NCBI GenBank assembly: GCA_945870205.1
Contig: CAMBRI010000009.1
Span: forward strand, 6,287-30,286
Length of the DNA stretch: 24,000 bases
DNA from: Sulfuritalea hydrogenivorans sk43H
GTDB taxonomy: Bacteria > Pseudomonadota > Gammaproteobacteria > Burkholderiales > Rhodocyclaceae
Reading direction: 5' to 3'
The translations under genes and the position numbers were made by a program. This document shows positions 22,615 to 24,000 of the stretch, one piece after another. A model generated the notes under the pieces. It saw only the letters and a program-made list of their open reading frames with translations, was not told the DNA's origin and made no database searches. Each line of letters begins with the position of its first letter. Positions within the stretch are counted from its first letter, which is position 1.

Positions 22615-23109
22615 TCAATGCTTGGAACGGCGCCCGCTATCGAGCTTGCGCCACTGCCCGGGGCGCTTGGCCTTGTCCACCGCCGCCTTGGGCTTGGGCA
22701 CCAGCATGTTCCGGCCAGGGCCTTTCAGGAAGGTCCGGTGCGCCAGAATTGCGGCGCTCACCGTTTCCGTCGCCAGCCGGATCGCCGTGCCTTCGACCTT
22801 GGGTGCGTAGCCGGCAAGCTCCTGCTTGATGGCGAGCAGGCGTTCCGCGGGCTCGGCCTTTCGCTTGCGCGGCACTCCGGCCATGAACTCCATCGCTTCC
22901 GGGGTCAGCGTGAAACGGCCGGCCTCTTCGCTGATCAACCCGTTGGTGGACAGCCGCAGAAACGCCGCCGCCATATCCACGTCGAGTGGAATCGAGCCGT
23001 GCAGCAGGTCCGCCGCCGCCATGATTTCGGCGAGTTCCGCCGCGCGGCGCTTGGAAGCGAGCGCGGTCGCCATCAGAAGAAGTACATCCACATCATGGAT
23101 CGGGTGCAT
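22615..23109 (-). CDS. Hypothetical protein with a winged-helix-like N-terminal half and basic C-terminus
   Basis: 164 aa, ATG start. Coherent composition and full-length ORF between flanking genes; family not recognised. Confidence 0.6.
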   Translation of the reverse strand: MHPIHDVDVLLLMATALASKRRAAELAEIMAAADLLHGSIPLDVDMAAAFLRLSTNGLISEEAGRFTLTPEAMEFMAGVPRKRKAEPAERLLAIKQELAGYAPKVEGTAIRLATETVSAAILAHRTFLKGPGRNMLVPKPKAAVDKAKRPGQWRKLDSGRRSKH

Positions 23110-23172
23110 GCAATAACCTTTGAATGAGACAAAACAGCCACTGCCTGGCAGCGGCGCGAGGGAACGCGCGAT

Positions 23173-23859
23173 CTAGGCCGACATGACGACCGGACCGCCC
23201 TTGGCGATGGCGCGCTGATAAGCGGGCCGGGCGACCATTCTGGCCTGGTAGGCCTGCAGCCGCGGATAGCGTCCGTTGCCGGCGCGCGACAGAGCGGCCT
23301 CGACGGCAAAACTCATCTGGAAATCCGCCACCGTCATCTGTTCGCCGGCAAACCACGCGTGCGTCGCCAGGTGCTCTTCCATGAATTTCATGGCCGTTGC
23401 CACGTTCGGGTCGACCAGTTTCGCCAGCACGCCGCTGCAGATCTTGCGCGCAATCGGCCGCACGAAAAACGGCATCGGCTGCTTCGGAATGCTCATGAAC
23501 ACCAGCTTCATCACCAGCCAGTTCATCAATGAGCCTTCGGCATAATGCATCCAGAAGCGGCACTGCCGGTACTGCGGCGTACCAGCAGCGGGTTGCAGGT
23601 TTGCCACGTCGCCCCGGCCCTGGTCGCCATAACGCTCAACCAGATATTCGAGTATCGCGCCCGACTCGGCAATCGTCAGGTCGCCGTCGCTAATCACTGG
23701 CGACTTGCCCAGCGGATGTACGGCGCGCAGTTCGGGCGGCGCCAGACGCGTAACCGGGTTGCGCTGGTAGCGCTTGATTTCGTAAGGCACGCCGAGCTCT
23801 TCGAGCAGCCACAGGACACGCTGCGAGCGCGAGGTTTCGAGATGATGGACGGTGATCAT
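23173..23859 (-). CDS. Glutathione S-transferase family protein
   Basis: MITVHHLETSRSQRVLWLLEELGVPYEIKRYQR...HPLGKSPVISDGDLTIAESGAILEYLVERYGD is the classical GST N-terminal thioredoxin-fold pattern. Start moved to ATG 23859 from the track's 23925. Confidence 0.92.
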   Translation of the reverse strand: MITVHHLETSRSQRVLWLLEELGVPYEIKRYQRNPVTRLAPPELRAVHPLGKSPVISDGDLTIAESGAILEYLVERYGDQGRGDVANLQPAAGTPQYRQCRFWMHYAEGSLMNWLVMKLVFMSIPKQPMPFFVRPIARKICSGVLAKLVDPNVATAMKFMEEHLATHAWFAGEQMTVADFQMSFAVEAALSRAGNGRYPRLQAYQARMVARPAYQRAIAKGGPVVMSA

Positions 23860-24000
23860 GCTGCCAAGTATAGACAGCGCTACCGACCGACGCCGGAAAA
23901 CATTCGCCGTTGGTCTCTGGCACATGGGCTGCCCCCCCGCATCGAAAGCCTATGGATCACGTGAAAACCGCATAATTGACCGCTTCACGCCATCGATGCA

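Overview
GC-rich, mostly chromosomal proteobacterial window (a betaproteobacterial origin is my guess from protein style only). Contents, left to right: a PAS-GGDEF-EAL c-di-GMP enzyme; an NlpC/P60 lipoprotein; a Zn-dependent alcohol dehydrogenase abutting metK; two convergent paralogous hybrid histidine kinases, one with a CxxCH haem-type sensor domain and one with a periplasmic sensor plus PAS; an acyl-CoA thioesterase; a small lower-GC accessory patch; a beta-oxidation operon headed by a PsrA-like TetR regulator (tetR-fadE-thiolase-fadB/J); a FapA-family (DUF342) protein; a hypothetical protein; and a glutathione S-transferase. The accessory patch (about 12.0-13.9 kb) holds a two-gene module: an HTH-fused nucleotidyltransferase (MNT) overlapping a HEPN-like gene. 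Directly after it is a 170-bp MITE-like element with perfect 17-bp terminal inverted repeats and perfect 10-bp flanking direct repeats, then a possible ParE/RelE toxin remnant. I see no clearly new multi-gene system. The best leads are the MNT/HEPN pair with an altered HEPN motif, the MITE-like element, the tandem PsrA-type boxes upstream of the fad operon, and the long inverted duplication formed by the two kinases.
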